Shown here: positions 20,701 to 26,700 of the stretch, piece by piece
How positions within the stretch are numbered: the first letter of the stretch is position 1
Layout of the letters: each line of letters opens with the position of its first letter
Made by a program: the position numbers and the translations under genes
DNA from: Schmidtea nova
Lineage: Eukaryota
Reading direction: 5' to 3'
DNA length: 64,000 nt
NCBI GenBank assembly: GCA_044892505.1
Contig: CM097883.1
Location: 448,632,001-448,696,000, forward strand
The notes under the pieces: generated by a model
Told to the model about the DNA's origin: nothing
Databases searched by the model: none
The model's input: only the letters and a program-made list of their open reading frames with translations

Positions 20701-23700
20701 ATTTCTGTATTTAAGTGGCGTATTTTTACCCACCATCTTCCTGCTACTTCTACAACTTCTTTGCTACATGCAATTACATGGACGTTTGTCCTTTCTATAT
20801 CTCGTCTTTGCTCTTGTGGTATCCATTTGATGTCGATGGCGGAAATGTTTGCTCCAGTGTCGATCATTGCTTCGATTTCTCTTCCGTTAATTTCTATTGT
20901 CGTGGTTAGTACTGGACCTGTGTTTGATGACATTACTGCGATCGTGTGTGTATCTCCTTGTGGATCTACGCTTCTACATCTTCTCATTTTATAATCTTCT
21001 GGTATCATGGGATATACATTTGTCATTGGCATCATTTGCATCGTGCTATTTTTTCCTCCTTGTAGTGGTTCTTGATACATGGTTGGTGGAGGTGCGTAAC
21101 ATTTCCATGCGTCGGCTGGATTCTTTTCGATGTATTGTGGTGCTTGGTTCTTATACACTTGTCCTCCTTTATAGTCGTCATCGTCGTCATCGTCGTCACT
21201 CGAATCATGTTGGGTTTTATATCCTTTCATCCTCTCCCATAAACCTTTTCTTTCTCTCTTGAGCTGTTGTCTTGCTTGTTCGTCATTCATTATCTTTTTA
21301 AATTTTCGTCCCACTTCTTCATCTGTTCCCTTCATTTTTGCTAATATCTTTAGGAGTCTTTTTATTCGGTGGATATCTTTTGAGTGACCGTGTAACACCA
21401 TCGTTTTCGCAAGGAATGGTAAAAATCCTACTACCATTTTCCAATTCACTTTCTTTTCTCTCTTGTAGATATCGAAACATGCTAACATTTGTGTTATTAT
21501 CACTCTGACGATTTGGATTATTAATATGACCCCCAGTATTCCAGCCATCATTTGTCCGAATATCAAGAATCTTCCCCACATTGCTTTCATCATGTTTTCT
21601 GTGGCTTTTTTGAAATGTGCTGGTGACAACAACAGTTCATAATTCGGTCCTTCTCGATAATCCGTTCCTCCCGTTATCGTTACGATATTTGACAATAATG
21701 CTTCTCTTCTCGCTGGGAATAATATATTCTGCCTTGCTGCTTCTAAATCCTTTGGACTATATATTCCATTGTTTGAGACATCCACGTCGCTAAATTGCCT
21801 ATCCTTTGACAACTGCATTAGCTCGAATTCTCTTGGTGCTATCACTTCGGATCTTCCTGGGAACATAACCCATTTACCATCTGGTTTCTGATAAAGCGGT
21901 CCATACGCATTACTACAGTTGAATGGATTTGGTTCAAACCCTGGTGGATTGATGATTCTCGTCACCGGTTGAACGTATCGTACTTTTCCTTTGTAATCGA
22001 TTTCTAACTCATTTGTACAGGTTCCAGGTTTCAACTGTGTTGTTGCTGCTAGCGACGCGTGTGTCTTTTCGCAAATGTATACATACATTGCTTCTCCAAC
22101 CACTCTCCCGAAATGTCCTTCTCTCAGTGGTAATAATGGCATCGCGCTATCTGGATTCGTAATCGCTACGGCCAATTTTGTCTTTAGTATTTCTCGATTC
22201 AGTATACAATCGTTATTGATCAGATCGTAATACACTTTTTGTAATGAGGCTTGTCCTCTATGGAATAGGAAATCCATTTTATTATTCACATACAAGTGTA
22301 GTTTGATATCCATTGTGTCGATTTTGGGTTTCGCATTTGGCACTTCTTGTTTTGACACATATATTCCTGGGTAATTCGTTTCGTATACCGTTGTACTACA
22401 CTTAAGGGTTGCTTTCCCTTTTATGAATCTCATTCCCACATCTTGATTTGTGGTTATCAATACTGTTGGTGTGGCTCTCATCTCTATTCGTTTTTCTCTA
22501 TGATCTGGTTTCAGTTGTCTTTTATTCTCTAAAGCTTCCTTGAGATGCTTTGCTCTAGCTTTGTCGTCATCGTCTTCTTCCTGAAACGTTTTTCCTTGGA
22601 TTTCGTCGAACTTTGCTCCTTGTAGCAGTTGTAACTGACATTCGTTCATCTTTGGTTTGTACACTAATGTTGACATTCCCGTTTGACACATGCTCCTGTC
22701 GATTTTACACATGGATAACGTTTTCATTTCTCCCGTTGTTGGTTCGAAGAATGCTTCGTAGCTTTTTAGTTCGACTATATACGTATCCATTACTACTAGG
22801 TTGGTTGCGGGTACTCCGAATATCGGGTAGGTTTCTCCTTGACAATATCCTTCTCCTCCCGTAATCCGTCCTGCTACATAGTACGTTTGTTGCATCATCA
22901 TTCCTGGCTTTCCTCTTATCTTGATTTTATCTCTTGTTGTTACTTCTCCATGTTTAAACAGTGCTTCGCAGTCTTCTCCTTGTAACACGATTGGTTCTCT
23001 TTCCGTTCCTGGCATGACAATTGCTGAATAATGTCCTCTCCCGCAGTAGAATGCGAATCTCGTCTTCTGCACTTTACATTCATTCACCATTGTCTTTATG
23101 AGTTCTGCTTCTTGATACACGTGGTACCATTGTTCCTTTTTAATCTTTTGCAACTCTACTGGAGTTGCATCTTTGCATTGCTCCGTACCTCTCAATGAAT
23201 ACTTTTCTCCTAACTTCATTTGGTCGCAATCAAACACTTCGAATGCTGTTGCGCTATCGGTGCTAATCATCCATATCAACATCATCATTATTATAGAACT
23301 CAAATTCATTGATGACTTCGCGTGTCCTGTTCCTGCTTGTTCTTTTTCTAACTCTTCCAATATTTTTTCGAATTTCTTTTTCATATTCTTCGCTTGCGTT
23401 TTCTTCTGGTTAGTTTTTATAAATGTTTCCCATCCTCCTTTGTTAATGACGTATGGTTCTATTTCTCTTGCTATAATTTTTGCGGTATTTTTTATATGTC
23501 TCTCTAATGCAGTGGGTTTTGGTCGACCTCTACTCAATGTCAACAAATTGTATATCGTGTATGCAATGGCTATTACGTATTTGTTATCCGTTTCCGCTCC
23601 TTCTGTCAGTTTCTTTATTAACATAGTGGTTCCTTGCCAGTCTAAATGGTTTGACTTCGTCTTTTCTTTTATGAATTCCGGTAAGATGGGTGCGATTGCG

Positions 23701-26700
23701 CTGTGTAGTGACTTCGCCTTTTCGCTTATCTCGGTTATACGCCAGTATTTTCTTAATTCCGGATCAATTATTGCCAATATTTCCATTATTGTTTTCGATA
23801 TCCATTCCTCCCCTTGACATATTGGTGTTGTCTCTTTTTCTTTCATCTCCGCAATTTTATTTAGTTTCCTTAAACATAATTCCCATTGATCTTGTCTCTT
23901 TTCGTCTTTATTTCTTACAACTACAGTTGTTGGGTCTGTCTTAGGTCTACCTCTAGGTCGTTTATCCATTCCTGTACCTGTTTCCACAAACCTTGTTGCC
24001 CGTCCTGTTTCTTCCGTAACATCTCTTGGTTCGTTAGCTCTTTCCTCTAACCATCTTTCCATTTCTTGCGTTAATTGTACGTTTTCGACATTCGCTCCTC
24101 TCGTTTCGTCTTCTGTCAAATCGTTTACTTCTTCTATTATTATTTCTTCTTCGACTTCTGTTTCTCCGGTGTTGGTTACTTGTATTGTCGTAGGTAATTC
24201 TTGTATTCTTTCGAAAATGTTATCGTCTTTTTCCTTTGTTAATTCGGTTAATTCTTCTATCATATCGTCGCTATCCGTTAAAATTTCGTCCACGTCGTAT
24301 GGTTGTGGTGGAGTCCTTTCTCTATTCCCTCTGGGTGTTGTCTCAGATCGTTTCGAACTTGTCCCTGGTGTTAGTACTGATTTCATCGGACTCGGCGTAC
24401 TTATACTTCCGTGTGGTTTACGGTTTTCTTCTTTATGTTTCAATGGTTGACCTGCTATTGCTTCTACTGTCAAGGTATTCATGAGATCTAGTTGTGCTGG
24501 CGTTATTCCAATTTCCAAACTGTTATCTAATGATCGTCCTTGGTGTTGTAAATGGAATGGTGGTTCGTATCTCAATTTCTTTTTAATATCTCGAATTTTT
24601 TCTGCTATTCCTACCCACAACTCTTCCTTATCCTTGTTTGGGTATATTATTCTTAAATGTACTTTCTGTGGAATTTCCTGCGAGAATTCTTGGTTTCTCC
24701 ATTTCCTAATTACATGGTCTAGTTGTTCCGGGCACCACTCGTTAACTCTTTTATATTCCGCGATTGCTTTTGCTACTTTACGCAAGCATGTTATATCTTC
24801 CCCATTTACCACGAAAAAATCTGCGAGACCCTTTATTAATTTTCTCTTACCGTGCGCATTAGTTTTTAATATTTCGACGAATTCTTCCGTTTTTTGCTTT
24901 TCCCTTTCTAACCACATGGCTGCTGTTTCTGGTCCATCTAGGTCTATTGGCGTAGCTTTCCTTGTCACCATGCAAACCCTTCCTATCTCTGGTTCGCAGT
25001 CATCTTCAATTCCTCTTTTATATTCTTCTTCATATTCCCCTTCTTTTGGTTCCCAACATTTTCCTTTCTCGTTCCATTGTTTTTCTACGGGTGTTCGTAT
25101 TCGTCTGTTGAGATTGAGTTCTTCTAATACATTTTCCCACTCTGGCCAAATTCGCCAATTTCGATAAATTTCTACTATTTGTTGTAATTTACGCACAACT
25201 TCTTTCCGTCGTTCCCGTTCTCTTTTCTCATCTTTAGCAGTTTCTCTTGGTGTATCGTCCATTCTGCTAACGTGGATTGTTTGGTGATTATCCCATATAC
25301 CGATTTTATATAATCGTCTCTCATCGTGATCCCATAATACATGTTCGTTGTATTGTATGATTATGTCGTCTTCCCATTCGTCTTCTGGTTCTCTTTGCAC
25401 TAGTGTCTCGTTGATGACATTTATTAATTCTTTAATGGTGCAATCCGCTACCACTTCAATTTCTTTGGTGTCTTCATTAGGCAATTCTACTGAAATTTTT
25501 AGATCTGTTATTTTCCCTTGTCTGAACATTGTTTTTCCCATTTTTGCGATTAATTTGTCGTGTGAGATCTGTGACCATCTCGTGTGGCTTGTGTCACGTA
25601 TGCACTCAATACATCGTTTCAATTTCTCGTATTCGCTTCTCATTAACTCTTTTCTATGTTTTTTGACTTGTGGTATGATTTGTTCTATCAGGGAATTTAG
25701 ATTCTTTCGCAAAACTCGTTCTTTCTCGTATTCTAACCGTGGTTTTATTCTCCGTTCGAAGCACGCGTTTGCTTCCCTTGCAACTTCTTGTAGGTTCTCT
25801 TCTTCTTTTTCATCACATATTGATAACAGAGTTATTTCTCCTGGCCATATACCTGTTTCTACTAAGTGCGTTCTTTTCTTTACGAGTCTATTCTGCGAAT
25901 AGATGAATTTGTTTTTGTATGAGCTCCCTAGTCTATCCTCTACCCATCTGTAGATATCGTCTGTAAATGGAGTTTTGATCCAGATTCTTGGTGTAGATGT
26001 ATTTATTATTATTGAGATGGTGTAATTGAGGAGTGGTTCCTCTATTAATTTCCCTACGTATCGATTCAACATGTCTACCTCCCGGTCTTGTAACCATTCT
26101 TTGTAGTTCATTTGTAGTAATGCTTTCATGAATTTCCGATATTGTTTCTTGTCCATGAACTCTTCGTTATATATTACCTCTAGCGAGTTATCTAATAATT
26201 TCTGGATTTCATCTACTTTTATCTGTGTAGGTTCTGAGGTCTTTATTACTTCTCTCTCTTTATTTTCGTCTTCGGATTCGTTTAATATGTCTCCTGCTAG
26301 GCTACTGATGTCACTATCTTCTTCCTCATCGGAAAACTCTCTGGTGGTATTTCTTAGCATATTAATATGTGCTATTTGGTTCGTTTCTCCTTGTATATTC
26401 TCCGTTGGTTCTGGTTCGTTTTTGTCAATTTCTGGTGTTGGTTCACTCTTGTCCTCTATTACTTCGACTTTTTCCAATTTCTTTCCCAACTCGTCAATCT
26501 CTTTTAAACGTCTTCTTATCATTTTTCCTTCAAATATTCGCCGGATTCGGGTTTCGTGACGTATTGGTGGTGGAATTTCTTCTGGTTCTATTTCTTTAAT
26601 TCTCATCACATTTCTTTTTGTTTCTACTACTCCCATGTTTTCCCATATATCCGTTAATTTCAATTTTACTGATGGTGCACCCTCTATTTGTAAGAACGCT

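Noticed and set aside
21400-23309. Baculovirus-F-type (errantivirus) env as the identity of the glycoprotein
   Set aside because: I found no furin site followed by an F-type fusion peptide; the cysteine and motif order fits chuvirus-type G better. An HMM search would settle it.
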